64,000 bases of DNA, from assembly GCA_965215195.1 (NCBI GenBank), contig CBDCDC010000002.1, positions 2,880,001-2,944,000 of the forward strand, in the 5' to 3' direction. The notes beneath the pieces are model-generated. The model saw only the letters and a list, made by a program, of their open reading frames with translations. It had not been told where the DNA came from and searched no databases. Source of the stretch: Candidatus Latescibacterota bacterium (GTDB taxonomy: Bacteria; Latescibacterota; UBA2968; UBA8231). Below are positions 17,804 through 27,601 of the stretch, one piece after another; position 1 is the stretch's first letter, and the number at the start of each line of letters is the position of its first letter. The position numbers and the translations under genes are program-made.

Positions 17804-19454
17804 GGAACAGCATCGCTTGGCGCTGCCGCAGGGGACGCGCATCCGGGACTTTGAATTTCACCGCGTCCTCGGCCACGGCGGGTTTGGCATCACCTATCTG
17901 GGATGGAACATGGCCTTGGATATTCCCGTGGCGATCAAGGAATATCTACCGGCCGACTTGGCTACCCGTGAGCAGGACTTGTCGGTCGTGCCGCAGACGG
18001 CGCAGGCGGCGTCGGACTTTCAGTGGGGCTTGGAGCGGTTTTTGGACGAAGCGCGCACGCTGGCGCGCTTTCAGCACCCCAACATCGTCCGCGTCCATCA
18101 CTTCTTTGAAGCGCATAGCACAGCCTATATCGCAATGGACTATGTGGAGGGGGAGGACTTGTCGGCGCATCTTGAGCGCAAGGGGACACTGAGCGAAGAC
18201 GCGCTAAAGGGTATTCTGGATCCGCTGTTGAGTGCCTTAGAAGTGGTGCATCAAGCGGCTTTTCTGCATCGGGACATCAAGCCGGGCAACATCGTCCTGC
18301 GCGATTCGGATGGCTCGCCGGTGTTGTTGGACTTTGGTGCGGCGCGGCAAGCGATTGGGGCGAAGAGTCGTTCGGTGACGTCGCTCGTGACGCCGGGGTA
18401 TGCGCCGCTTGAGCAGTATTCGAGTCGGGGTCGTCAGGGTGCATGGACGGATATTTATGCGTTAGGTGCGGTGTGCTATCGGGCGTTGACCGGGGACGTG
18501 CCGGCGGATGCGACGGATCGGATGCGGGAGGATCCGCTGATTCCGGTATCGCAGCGGTGTGCGGGTCAAGCCAGTCCAGCGTTTTTGTCGGCGATAGATG
18601 CAGCATTGGCAGTAAATGAGGGAGATCGTCCGCAGAGTGTTGGGGATTGGCGGGCGGCGATGGCGGTGGACGCGGCCCCGCAGCACGAGCGGATCCCTTC
18701 GTTGGCCAAGCGGTATGCGGCTCGGATAAGCCAAACGTTTCTTTCGGTGATTAATAAGACATTGATGCGAGGAAGGCAGGGCGCGAGCAGTGAGACCGCT
18801 GATGCGCCACTTTCTACTCAGTCAGCAGCCAAAGTTAAAGAGGCGAAGCGTTTGAACAGGTGGTTTAAGCTCCACTACATTTGCCTTGCTGCCATCATAC
18901 CGGTATTGACAGCACTATTTGTTGGTATCGCGGTGGTATTTATCTCCCCACAAGGCGAGCGTATCCTCAAAGATCTGATCCGTTTTTTAGAGTCGCAGCG
19001 GTTAGAGTCATACCCGAGTAGCGTATTCGGACTGTTTGGCATCATAATCGCGATTGTTACGGCCGTGTTCGGGTTGATTGCTTTTGTATCCGGGTTGCGT
19101 ATCCTGCATAAATTGTGGTCCCTCATCTCCGCTCACAAAGCAAAGACGACACCAAGCGAAGCCGTTGGATTTTTCTTTATACCGCTGTTCGGTTTCTACT
19201 GGAACTTCATTGCAATTTACGGTCTCGCCAAAGCCCTCAATACCGAAATTGGTCGAAAATCAGTCAGTGAGGCGGCCAGTTTTATCTATTGCTGCTCATT
19301 TTTGCTTGGCCCTCTATGGGTGATAATGGGATGGCGAGAGGATCAGATTTGGATGGTCCCTATTGGATATATTGTTATGGTTGTGCTCTGGTTCGTCGTT
19401 CTGAGGCAAATGCAGAGTGCTGGTATGTTCATTTTGCAAGCGGATAAGGTGTAG
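17796..19454 (+). CDS. Ser/Thr kinase with C-terminal multi-TM domain (DUF4328-like)
   Basis: GHGGFG, VAIKE, HRDIKPGN, DFG; lower-GC C-terminal half with TPSEAVGFFFIPLFGFYW and about 5 TMs. Confidence 0.9.
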   Translation: MSEEQHRLALPQGTRIRDFEFHRVLGHGGFGITYLGWNMALDIPVAIKEYLPADLATREQDLSVVPQTAQAASDFQWGLERFLDEARTLARFQHPNIVRVHHFFEAHSTAYIAMDYVEGEDLSAHLERKGTLSEDALKGILDPLLSALEVVHQAAFLHRDIKPGNIVLRDSDGSPVLLDFGAARQAIGAKSRSVTSLVTPGYAPLEQYSSRGRQGAWTDIYALGAVCYRALTGDVPADATDRMREDPLIPVSQRCAGQASPAFLSAIDAALAVNEGDRPQSVGDWRAAMAVDAAPQHERIPSLAKRYAARISQTFLSVINKTLMRGRQGASSETADAPLSTQSAAKVKEAKRLNRWFKLHYICLAAIIPVLTALFVGIAVVFISPQGERILKDLIRFLESQRLESYPSSVFGLFGIIIAIVTAVFGLIAFVSGLRILHKLWSLISAHKAKTTPSEAVGFFFIPLFGFYWNFIAIYGLAKALNTEIGRKSVSEAASFIYCCSFLLGPLWVIMGWREDQIWMVPIGYIVMVVLWFVVLRQMQSAGMFILQADKV

Positions 19455-19522
19455 TTACTAACGTTCTCACTTTTTCTAAGAGGCCGTCTGCAAACCCCTT
19501 GTGCGGTCCTCTGCGGCCCATA

Positions 19523-20302
19523 GTTGCGCCGCTACGGTGGCCGAAAGTGAAATACACTGTTTGTTGAAAGGATCGGAGATACGATGAGCGAAGAGCAACA
19601 CCCCCTTCACGCCTTGCCCCAAGGCCATCGGCTGCAAGAATACGAACTGGTGCGCGTGTTGGGCTTTGGCGGCTTCGGCATGACGTATTTGGGTTTCGAT
19701 CACAACTTGGACAAGGCCGTCGCTATCAAAGAATACCTACCGTCCGACATCGCTACCCGCACGGCCGATGGCAGCGTCGCCCCGCAAGCCAGCACCTTTC
19801 GCGGCGATTTCCAATGGGGCTTAGAGCGGTTTTTGGACGAAGCGCGCACGTTGGCGCGGTTTGATCATCGCCACATCATTAAAGTGCATCGTTTCTTTGA
19901 AGCGCATGGTACGGCGTATATCGTGATGGAGTATGCCGAAGGCGAGACCTTATCGGCGCATCTGGAGCGCAAGGGGCCGCTGACGGAAGCCGAACTCAAG
20001 ACGATTCTGTATCCGATTTTGGACGGTTTGGAAGTGGTGCATCAAGCGGCTTTTCTGCATCGGGACATCAAGCCGGGCAACATCGTCCTGCGCGATGAGG
20101 ACGCTTCGCCGGTGTTGTTGGACTTTGGTGCGGCGCGGCAGGCGATTGGGGCGAAGAGTCGTTCAGTGACGTCGATCGTGACGCCGGGATATGCGCCGAT
20201 AGAGCAGTATTCGAGTCGGGGTCGTCAGGGTGCATGGACGGACATTTACGCGTTGGGAGGCGTGTGCTATCGGGCGTTGACCGGACAGGTGCCGGAGGAT
20301 GC
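19523..20302 (+). repeat. Copy 2 of the ~780 bp direct repeat (see 7364-8143)
   Basis: Near-identical upstream region and kinase sequence. Confidence 0.92.
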
Positions 20303-20396
20303 GCAGCAGGCTACGGGGGCTGACGCGCCCATCGTGGCGCGTGTGGAGCCGGCCGGCCGTTTTCACGGGCGCAGGCTTTTAGGCGCGACCTACTGA
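19584..20396 (+). pseudogene. Truncated Ser/Thr kinase (C-lobe end deleted, no sensor domain)
   Basis: Near-identical to the 7425 kinase up to LTGQVPEDA, then jumps to a linker-like segment (ADAPIVARVEPA, cf. DEATIVERVEPA) and stops. Confidence 0.75.
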
Positions 20397-20405
20397 TAGG
20401 CTGAA

Positions 20406-21038
20406 ATGGAAACTCCTGCAATAGTGCAAGTGCTGGAACTGACCTCTTGGTGGGAGGTGCCAGCCGTCGTCTTGGCCATTCTCTACTTGGTATTGGCCGC
20501 GCGGGAAAACATCTGGTGTTGGGCGGCAGCTTTCGCCAGTACCGCGATTTACATCTACGTCTTCTTCGATGTTAAGCTGTTCCTAGAATCGGCCCTACAG
20601 ATTTACTACTTGGCCATGGCGGTCTATGGCTGGTACCAATGGCGGCATCCCTCCGATCAATCCTCATCACTGCCTATCTCTACTTGGTCGCTCAAAAAGC
20701 ACAGCTTGGTCATTGCTGCGACGGGGGCCATTGTGGTGACGTCCGGGTATCTTTTGCACAAAAACACGACGGCAGCACTGCCTTATGTCGATGCCTTTAC
20801 CACTTGGTATGCGGTGGTGACGACCTATATGGTAACAAGAAAAATTCTGGAAAACTGGGGGTACTGGTTTGTCATCGACAGCGTGTCGGTTTACCTCTAC
20901 TATAGCCGAGGGCTGTACCTGACCGCTTTGTTGTTTGTCGCGTATCTAATTATCATCGTCTTTGGCTATGTGAAATGGAAAAAGAAGTACGACCGGCAAA
21001 TGTCCAAACCGACCCACGAAGAAGAATTGAGCGCGTGA
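20406..21038 (+). CDS. pnuC: Nicotinamide riboside transporter PnuC
   Basis: AILYLVLAARENIWCW, LQIYYLAMAVYGWYQW, PYVDAFTT, RKILENWGYWFVID. Confidence 0.92.
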   Translation: METPAIVQVLELTSWWEVPAVVLAILYLVLAARENIWCWAAAFASTAIYIYVFFDVKLFLESALQIYYLAMAVYGWYQWRHPSDQSSSLPISTWSLKKHSLVIAATGAIVVTSGYLLHKNTTAALPYVDAFTTWYAVVTTYMVTRKILENWGYWFVIDSVSVYLYYSRGLYLTALLFVAYLIIIVFGYVKWKKKYDRQMSKPTHEEELSA

Positions 21039-21042
21039 GCGT

Positions 21043-21900
21043 ATGAAACGAACAGAGACCTGTGGACCTGTGGCCATCCAAGGATACACCGGATCGTTTA
21101 GCGAGGCGGCCGCACGGGCCTATTTTTCCCCAGAGACACAACTGGCACCACAGCCCGATTTCAAGGCGCTTTTCGCCGCGGTGGAAGACGAGTCTTGCGC
21201 CTGCGGCGTCGTGCCCATCGAGAATTCGCTGATGGGCAGCATCCACGAGAATTACGATCTGCTGCTGCAAAGCGACGTACACATCGTCGGCGAACTCAAG
21301 CTGCGCATCGTCCACAACCTCATCGTCAATCCGGGCGTGCAGCTAGCGGACATCCGCTACATTGCGTCGCAGCCGCCCGCCTTAGCCCAATGCACTCGCT
21401 TCATCCACTCGTTGGCCGGTGCGCAGACCATAGCGGCGGATGATACGGCCGGCGCGGTCAAAGAGCTGGCCGCGAGCGGTATGCGCGACCGCGGGGCCAT
21501 AGCCGGAGCGCGTGCGGCCGCCGCGTACGGAATGGAGATCCTCGTGTCCGGCATTGAGGACGCTCCGCACAATTTTACCCGCTTCTTGGTAGTGAGCCGC
21601 CGAGCCGCGTCAGTGCCGGCCGAGCCAGCCAAGACCACGCTCGTCTTTGGGCTAAGGGACGTGCCGGGCGCGTTGTGCCGGAGCCTCGCGGCCTTTGCCG
21701 AGCGCGGCATCAACCTGCTCAAAATCGAGTCGCGGCCCATGCCCGAGCGGCCTTGGGAATACGTCTTCTATCTCGATTTGGAGGGCCATTTGGAGCAGAC
21801 GGCTTGCGCCCAAGCCGTGGAGCATCTGCGGGAGACCGCTGAATTCGCCCGCATCTTGGGCTCGTACCGGCAGGGCGATACGGTCGAGGACTCGGGGTAG
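21043..21900 (+). CDS. pheA: Prephenate dehydratase with ACT domain
   Basis: AIQGYTGSFSEAA, VVPIENS, NFTRF, GINLLKIESRP, YVFYLDLEG. Confidence 0.93.
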   Translation: MKRTETCGPVAIQGYTGSFSEAAARAYFSPETQLAPQPDFKALFAAVEDESCACGVVPIENSLMGSIHENYDLLLQSDVHIVGELKLRIVHNLIVNPGVQLADIRYIASQPPALAQCTRFIHSLAGAQTIAADDTAGAVKELAASGMRDRGAIAGARAAAAYGMEILVSGIEDAPHNFTRFLVVSRRAASVPAEPAKTTLVFGLRDVPGALCRSLAAFAERGINLLKIESRPMPERPWEYVFYLDLEGHLEQTACAQAVEHLRETAEFARILGSYRQGDTVEDSG

Positions 21901-21937
21901 ACACCCACGCCTAAAGGCGCGGTGAAGCAGACCGCTT

Positions 21938-22618
21938 CTAAGACTCGGCTAAGAAGTTGGCGAGGAGATCGACGGCGGCTGTCTGGCCTATTTTGCCGGT
22001 GTTGATCGTCAGGTCGTAGAGCAGGGGGTCGTTCCAGTCGGCCTGGTGGAAGTTGCGCAGGTAGCTCTGACGCCATTGGTCGTGTTGCTCGATGAGTTTC
22101 TGCGCTTGCTCGCGATCCACGTCGCGGTTCTGCATCAATCGTTCAATCCGCGTTTCGAGCGGGGCGATGATTTTGACGTGGCAGGCATTGGGGTGGTCGG
22201 CGAGGATGACTTGGCTGGCCCGGCCGACGATGACGGCCCGGCCGTCTTGGCCGAACTCCTGCACGAGGGTCGTGATGAGTAGCTGGTACGTGCCGCGGTC
22301 GAGGTACGTGGCTTCGCTGGCCTCGTGATCGCGCATGTGGGGAAATTCGAGCCCAAACTCGGGCGCGTATGCGGCCGCCGATAGGGGAAAAGTCCCCGGG
22401 GCGACTTCAGGCACGAGCAACTTTTTGAGGAAGAACTTGAGCCGGCCCTCTCCCTTTTCGTCGTAGCGCTCCACCTCTTCGACCGAGGTGTCGGTGATGC
22501 TGGCGATCTCTTCGACGAGGCGGCGGTCGATAAATGCGTAGCCCAGCTTGGCGGCCAACTGCTCGGCGATCCAGTCGCCAAAGCTGCCGAGCTGACGGGC
22601 AACCGTGATGACAGTCAT
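21938..22618 (-). CDS. Cytidylate kinase-like family protein
   Basis: VITVARQLGSFG, AVIVGR, DWNDPLLYDLTINT. Confidence 0.87.
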   Translation of the reverse strand: MTVITVARQLGSFGDWIAEQLAAKLGYAFIDRRLVEEIASITDTSVEEVERYDEKGEGRLKFFLKKLLVPEVAPGTFPLSAAAYAPEFGLEFPHMRDHEASEATYLDRGTYQLLITTLVQEFGQDGRAVIVGRASQVILADHPNACHVKIIAPLETRIERLMQNRDVDREQAQKLIEQHDQWRQSYLRNFHQADWNDPLLYDLTINTGKIGQTAAVDLLANFLAES

Positions 22619-22698
22619 GGCGAGTCTCTTAGGTTGGGGTGCTCAGATACCAGCTTGTACTCATCTGTAAAGAGTATAAAAGGCGGGCGTTTGCCGTG

Positions 22699-23793
22699 TC
22701 AACGCTTTTCCAGCCGGCCCAACTGCGGTCCCAAGCGGATGGAATGGGTTTTGACGAGGCAGTAGATTGGGTCGCCGATGCCGAGCTGCATTTCCTCGAT
22801 GGCTTCTGGGGTCGTCTTGGCGGCCAGCCGCCGCCCGACATCCACGTAGATGAGCTGTTTCCCGCCCACATCGGCGATTGCGCTGATGGTCCCCTGCAAA
22901 GCATTGCGCACGCTCAGCCCTGCCGGGTGCTGGCGGGCGAGGACGATGTCGTCGGCGCGGATGCCGATGAAGAGGCGGCTGCCGACGGGTCGATCGCAGT
23001 AGGGAATTTTGAGCTGCTGACCGCAGCACAGAACCTCGCAGACGCCCCGCCCGGCGTCGGTCGCCGCAATTTCCACGTCGAGGACGTTTTCAAAGCCGTG
23101 TTCTTCCACCAACGGCAGGACTTGGGGGTGGGCGGCGATGGTGAAAAAGTCGCCGTGCGCCACGACTTGGCCGCGGTCGAGGACTACGACTTGGCTGGTG
23201 AGTTCGAGGATTTCGGCCACCGAGTGGCTGACGTAGAGAATGGGAATCTGGAGGGCATCGCGGACGTGGCACAAGTAGGGAATGATGCGGTTTTTGAGGC
23301 CCTGATCGAGCGAGGCCAGCGGCTCGTCCATCAGCAGGAGGCGCGGAGAAGCGAGCAGGGCGCGGCCCAAGGCAACGCGCTGGCGCTCGCCGCCGGACAG
23401 GTGCGCCGGCCGACGCTTGAGCAGGGGACCGATTTCGAGCAAATCGACGATCTGGTCCAAGGCAAAGCGGTGCGCCGCTGCCGGCAGCAGGTTGCGGCCA
23501 TAGCACAAGTTTTCCTCAGTGCTCAGGTGCGGAAAGAGCAAGTCGTCTTGAAACACGTAGCCGATGCGGCGGCGTTCGGGCGGCAAATTGATGCGCTGGG
23601 CCGAGGAGAACAGGGTTTGACCGTCTAGGGATATTTCGCCGGCATCTGGCCGCACCAACCCGGCGACCACGTCCAGCAGCGAGGTCTTGCCCGCGCCCGA
23701 CGGTCCGTACAGGGCGGTGACGGCATGGTGGCACTCGATATCGACGTCGAGCGCGAAGGGGTCTAGCTGGCGTTGAGCGCGGAGGCGGAGCAT
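22699..23793 (-). CDS. modC: Molybdate ABC transporter ATPase
   Basis: GPSGAGKT, LPPERRRIGYVFQD, LSGGERQR, LMDEP, TOBE SVRNAL; start MLRLRAQ. Confidence 0.93.
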   Translation of the reverse strand: MLRLRAQRQLDPFALDVDIECHHAVTALYGPSGAGKTSLLDVVAGLVRPDAGEISLDGQTLFSSAQRINLPPERRRIGYVFQDDLLFPHLSTEENLCYGRNLLPAAAHRFALDQIVDLLEIGPLLKRRPAHLSGGERQRVALGRALLASPRLLLMDEPLASLDQGLKNRIIPYLCHVRDALQIPILYVSHSVAEILELTSQVVVLDRGQVVAHGDFFTIAAHPQVLPLVEEHGFENVLDVEIAATDAGRGVCEVLCCGQQLKIPYCDRPVGSRLFIGIRADDIVLARQHPAGLSVRNALQGTISAIADVGGKQLIYVDVGRRLAAKTTPEAIEEMQLGIGDPIYCLVKTHSIRLGPQLGRLEKR

Positions 23794-23795
23794 GG

Positions 23796-24470
23796 CTAAC
23801 TCGAGCGCAGGCGACGGGCCGACCACTCGCTGGCCACGAGGGCCAGCAGCGAAAGCGCGACCGAGACCACGATTAGCCCGACGACGCGGCCTTCTCCGTC
23901 CGGTTGGTTGAGATACGTGTAAATGGCCGAAGGAATGGTGCGGGTCTGCCCGGCGATATTGGCCGCAAACGTGATGGTCGCGCCGAACTCGCCCAAGGAG
24001 CGGGCAAAGGTCAACAGCGAGCCGACCAGCAGGCCGGGGGCGGCGAGGCGCAAGGTCACGGTCAGAAAGGCGCGCACCGGACCTGCTCCGAGGGTGCGGG
24101 CGACGCGCTCTAGGCGCGGGTCCACGCTTTCAATGCCGAGGCGCACCGAGCGCAGCATCAGGGGAAAGCCGACCACGGCCGAGGCCAGCACTGCGCCCTT
24201 CCAGTCGAAGGCTAGCTGGAGGTTGAGGGCTGCGAGCACCGGGCCGAAGAGACCGCGGCGGCCAAAGAGCAACAGGAGCAGATAGCCGGTGACCACCGGC
24301 GGCAGGACCAGCGGCAGGTGACAGAGGCCATCGAGCGCGATCTTGAGCGGAAACTCCCGCCGGGCCAGCAGCCAGCCCAGCAACACGGCCGGCAACAGGC
24401 TCAGCAGTACGCAGCAAAAGGCCACGCGCAGGGAGAGCAAGAGGACCTGCACTTCCTCAGTGCCGAACAC
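23796..24470 (-). CDS. modB: Molybdate ABC transporter permease
   Basis: LPLVLPPVVTGY, FARSLGEFGATI, TRTIPSAIY; GTG start. Confidence 0.93.
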   Translation of the reverse strand: MFGTEEVQVLLLSLRVAFCCVLLSLLPAVLLGWLLARREFPLKIALDGLCHLPLVLPPVVTGYLLLLLFGRRGLFGPVLAALNLQLAFDWKGAVLASAVVGFPLMLRSVRLGIESVDPRLERVARTLGAGPVRAFLTVTLRLAAPGLLVGSLLTFARSLGEFGATITFAANIAGQTRTIPSAIYTYLNQPDGEGRVVGLIVVSVALSLLALVASEWSARRLRSS

Positions 24471-25203
24471 CTTGGTCGCCCAAAAGGGTAAAGCCGTGTT
24501 TGCGGAAGATGCCGGCGGCCGGTGCCGAGCTAAAAAACGCCAACAGGCTGCGGACCTGCGCACTGGCGCGGCCCTTGACGATGGCCGCCGGATAGACGAT
24601 GGGGCGGTGCAGTGAATCCGGCACCGTCGCTAGCGTTATTACGCGGTCGCTTTGGGCCGCATCGGTGGCGTACACCAAGCCGGCCGCGCACGCTCCGCGC
24701 TCGACGTACACTAGGGCGGCGCGGACGTCGGGTGCAGGTGCGATGCGGCTTTTGAGTGCCGGCCACCAGCCCAGCGCCTCTAGGGCTTGGCGAGCGTACT
24801 GACCGGCCGGTACGTGATCCGGGTCGCCGAGGGCCAAGCGGCCAGCGAAAGCACCGGCAAAGTCGAAGTCCCTTGCAAGGCGGACGGCAAAAGGCGCTCC
24901 CTTGGGTGCAATGACCACGAGGGCGTTGCCGAGGAGATCGACGCGAGTGTCTTGCTCAAGGTGCTGGCGCGCTTGGAGATAGCTCATCCACGCGGCATTG
25001 GCGGCAAAGTAAACGTCGGCTGGCGCCCCTGCGGCAATCTGTTTGGCCAAGGTCGAAGAGCTGGCAACGGACAGGCGCATCCCCTCGTAGCGAGTGGCTA
25101 GCTCTGAGAGTGCGGAACTCAGGCTAGCGGCGGCGAATACGCTTTGGGCCGCTGCCAGCGCAGGGCAGAGCAAGAGTAGCAGACTAAGTGTGCGCAGGGT
25201 CAT
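24457..25203 (-). CDS. modA: Molybdate-binding periplasmic protein
   Basis: Signal peptide, VFAAASL, ASSSTLAKQI, GDPDHVPAGQYA, GLVYATDA. Confidence 0.93.
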   Translation of the reverse strand: MTLRTLSLLLLLCPALAAAQSVFAAASLSSALSELATRYEGMRLSVASSSTLAKQIAAGAPADVYFAANAAWMSYLQARQHLEQDTRVDLLGNALVVIAPKGAPFAVRLARDFDFAGAFAGRLALGDPDHVPAGQYARQALEALGWWPALKSRIAPAPDVRAALVYVERGACAAGLVYATDAAQSDRVITLATVPDSLHRPIVYPAAIVKGRASAQVRSLLAFFSSAPAAGIFRKHGFTLLGDQGVRH

Positions 25204-27550
25204 GGCGCCAAAAATCGGCCAGCGACTGGGCGATATGGGCGGGGTTGCGGACGGAATGCACCGGGTGCCAAGAGGGGGGAAAGAGCTGGCGGTAGCGGCT
25301 TTGGGCAAAGCGGCGATCGACGAGGAGGATCGCGCCGCGGTCGCTTGCGGTGCGAATGACGCGGCCGGCGGCCTGCAACACGCGATTCATGCCCGGATAG
25401 ACGTAGGCGTACGCAAAGCCGGGAATCTCGCGCTCGTCGAAATAGTGGCGGATTAGGTCGCGCTCCAAGCAGAGCTGCGGCAGCCCAACGCCGACGATCA
25501 CCGCCCCGACTAGTCGCTCGCCGACTAAATCGATCCCCTCGCCAAAGACGCCGCCCATCACCGCAAAACCCACTGTGTACTGCGCGGCCTGTGCGTCGAA
25601 TGCGGAGAGGAACGCCTCGCGCTGGCGGTCGGACATGCCGCTTTCTTGGACGAGGAGGTCGATGCTCGGGTACGCGTCGGCAAAGCGCGTCGCCACCTCC
25701 TCCATGTATTTGTACGAAGGGAAAAAGGCGAGGTAGTTGCCCGTGCGCTGGCTGACGAGGGCGGCGATGGACTCGGCGATGGCGTCGTAGCTCTCGCCGC
25801 GCTTTTTGTACGTCGTCTCAATGTGGTCGGCCAGCAGCAGGCGCAGGTGCTCGGGAGGGAAAGGCGAACCAAGGCTCAGCAAAGTGTCCCCCTCCTCGCC
25901 GCCGAGCAGGTCGCGGAAGTACGCCAGCGGCGAGAGCGTGGCCGAAAAGAATACGGCCGCACAGCCGCGCCCTAGGGCTTGGCGGATATTTTGCGCTGGG
26001 TCGAGACAGAAGAGCCGGAAGCGAATGTCCCGCCCCTGTTTTTCGGTGTACGTGGTATAGTGCTCGTCGAAAAGCTCGCCGATGCGCTCAAAGCCCAGCG
26101 CCCGGAAGTAGCACTCGATCAATTCGTCCCAAAAGGGCAAGGCCCCGCCCTGCGCTAGGACCTTCTCGGCGGCGCGGAGGACATTGTGGACCAGTGCCAT
26201 CAGATCCGTCGGCAGTTGCGGGCTGATCCAGCACTCGCCGTCGCCTTCCTGTTCGACCTTGTTGCCGAGCTTGGCAAAGTAGCGGTTGAGGGCATCGAGC
26301 TGTTGGCTTAGGTCGGGATGCGTCTTGCCGACTAAGTGCTTTAGCGCGGCGATTTCGGCCTTGCCAAGATCGGCCGAGAACATTTCGCGCGCCCGATCGA
26401 CGAGATTGTGCGCCTCGTCGACGAGGAAGGCGTATTGCCCGCCGGCGTCTTGGAAGAAGCGCTTGAGGAAGGCGCGCGGATCGAAGACGTGGTTGTAATC
26501 GCAGATGATGACGTCGGTCCACGGCGCGAGGTCGAGCGAAAATTCAAAGGGGCAGACGCGGTGCTTTTGGGCGCATTCCTCGATGAGGGACCGAGTGAAG
26601 GCGTCGCGGGTGAAGATGTCTGCAAGCGCGTCGTTGATGCGGTCGTAGTAGCCGCGGGCGAACTCGCATTGCTCGGGATCGCAGGTGCTGCCGCCGTTGG
26701 GTTTGAAGCAGACCTTGTCGCGGGCCGTCAGCGTCAGGCTCTTGAGGCGTGCGCCCCCCCCGCGCAGGTCGTCGATGGCCTTTTCGGCGACCCGGCGTCC
26801 GCTAGTTTTGGCCGTCAGGTAGAAAATTTTTTCAGCATGGCCCAAGCCGAGGGCCTTGGCGGCCGGGAACAGGGTCGAGATGGTCTTGCCGATGCCGGTA
26901 GGTGCTTGGGCAAAGGCTCGACCGCGGCCGTCGATGGTGCGATAAGTGGCCACGGCCAGATCGCGCTGGCCGGGTCGGTATTCGGCAAAGGGGAATTCGA
27001 GTGCCGCAAGCGAAGAGTCGCGCTCGGCGCACCACTGGTGATACAGCCGCGCCCAATGCAGGTAGCGCTCGATGAGATCGGCGCAAAACGCCGCTAGTTC
27101 GTCGTACGCAAAGGTGCGACGGTCCTCGCGGCGCTTATGGGTATCTAACTGAAGGTACGTTAGCTGGATGTCGATGGCGTCGAGCCCACTTTGCTCGGCG
27201 ACCATAAAGGCGTAGAGCTTGGCCTGCGCCCAATGCGCTAGGTTTTCAGCAATCTCGTCGAGCTCGGCCTCGGTGGTCTTGATTTCCTCGACGAGCACGG
27301 CGTCGTCTTCGACGAGCAGGCCGTCGATGCGGCCGCTTATTTCGAGGGCGATCTCGTCGGTCTCGACTAGGTGGGAGATGGGCACTTCCGCCCGATAGTC
27401 GGCGGGGCGGGCGCGCTGGACTTGCTGGTGGCCGCGCGTGCCTTCCACTAGGCGGTCGGGGCGGGAAAAGCCGCCGAAAATTAGGTCGCCGGAGCGCAGC
27501 ACGAAGCCGACAAGTTCGCGCACCGAGGTTTTGAGCAGGCGCGGGGGCAT
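25184..27550 (-). CDS. DinG/Rad3-like Fe-S helicase with N-terminal PD-(D/E)XK nuclease domain
   Basis: GRIDG...EEIKT...QAKLYA; APTGIGKT; four Cys (VCF, TC, QC, VCPF); DEAHN; SATL; EGIDL; QAAGRVIR. Confidence 0.9.
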   Translation of the reverse strand: MPPRLLKTSVRELVGFVLRSGDLIFGGFSRPDRLVEGTRGHQQVQRARPADYRAEVPISHLVETDEIALEISGRIDGLLVEDDAVLVEEIKTTEAELDEIAENLAHWAQAKLYAFMVAEQSGLDAIDIQLTYLQLDTHKRREDRRTFAYDELAAFCADLIERYLHWARLYHQWCAERDSSLAALEFPFAEYRPGQRDLAVATYRTIDGRGRAFAQAPTGIGKTISTLFPAAKALGLGHAEKIFYLTAKTSGRRVAEKAIDDLRGGGARLKSLTLTARDKVCFKPNGGSTCDPEQCEFARGYYDRINDALADIFTRDAFTRSLIEECAQKHRVCPFEFSLDLAPWTDVIICDYNHVFDPRAFLKRFFQDAGGQYAFLVDEAHNLVDRAREMFSADLGKAEIAALKHLVGKTHPDLSQQLDALNRYFAKLGNKVEQEGDGECWISPQLPTDLMALVHNVLRAAEKVLAQGGALPFWDELIECYFRALGFERIGELFDEHYTTYTEKQGRDIRFRLFCLDPAQNIRQALGRGCAAVFFSATLSPLAYFRDLLGGEEGDTLLSLGSPFPPEHLRLLLADHIETTYKKRGESYDAIAESIAALVSQRTGNYLAFFPSYKYMEEVATRFADAYPSIDLLVQESGMSDRQREAFLSAFDAQAAQYTVGFAVMGGVFGEGIDLVGERLVGAVIVGVGLPQLCLERDLIRHYFDEREIPGFAYAYVYPGMNRVLQAAGRVIRTASDRGAILLVDRRFAQSRYRQLFPPSWHPVHSVRNPAHIAQSLADFWRHDPAHT

Positions 27551-27552
27551 GG

Positions 27553-27561
27553 TGTTATAAT
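27553..27561 (+). promoter_or_regulatory. Extended -10 promoter element upstream of mtnP
   Basis: TGtTATAAT about 40 nt before the AGGAG RBS/ATG, in a divergent intergenic gap. Confidence 0.5.
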
Positions 27562-27601
27562 ATAGGGTCGCTATTAGGCACTTGCATTTTCACAGGAGAG
27601 G

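Noticed and set aside
22639-23628. 329-aa plus-strand ORF
   Set aside because: Antisense shadow of modC, typical of high-GC DNA
25184-27550. Cas4-like nuclease plus DinG as type IV CRISPR (CasDinG)
   Set aside because: No cas genes or array; housekeeping context between modA and mtnP; nuclease-DinG fusions are widespread repair helicases
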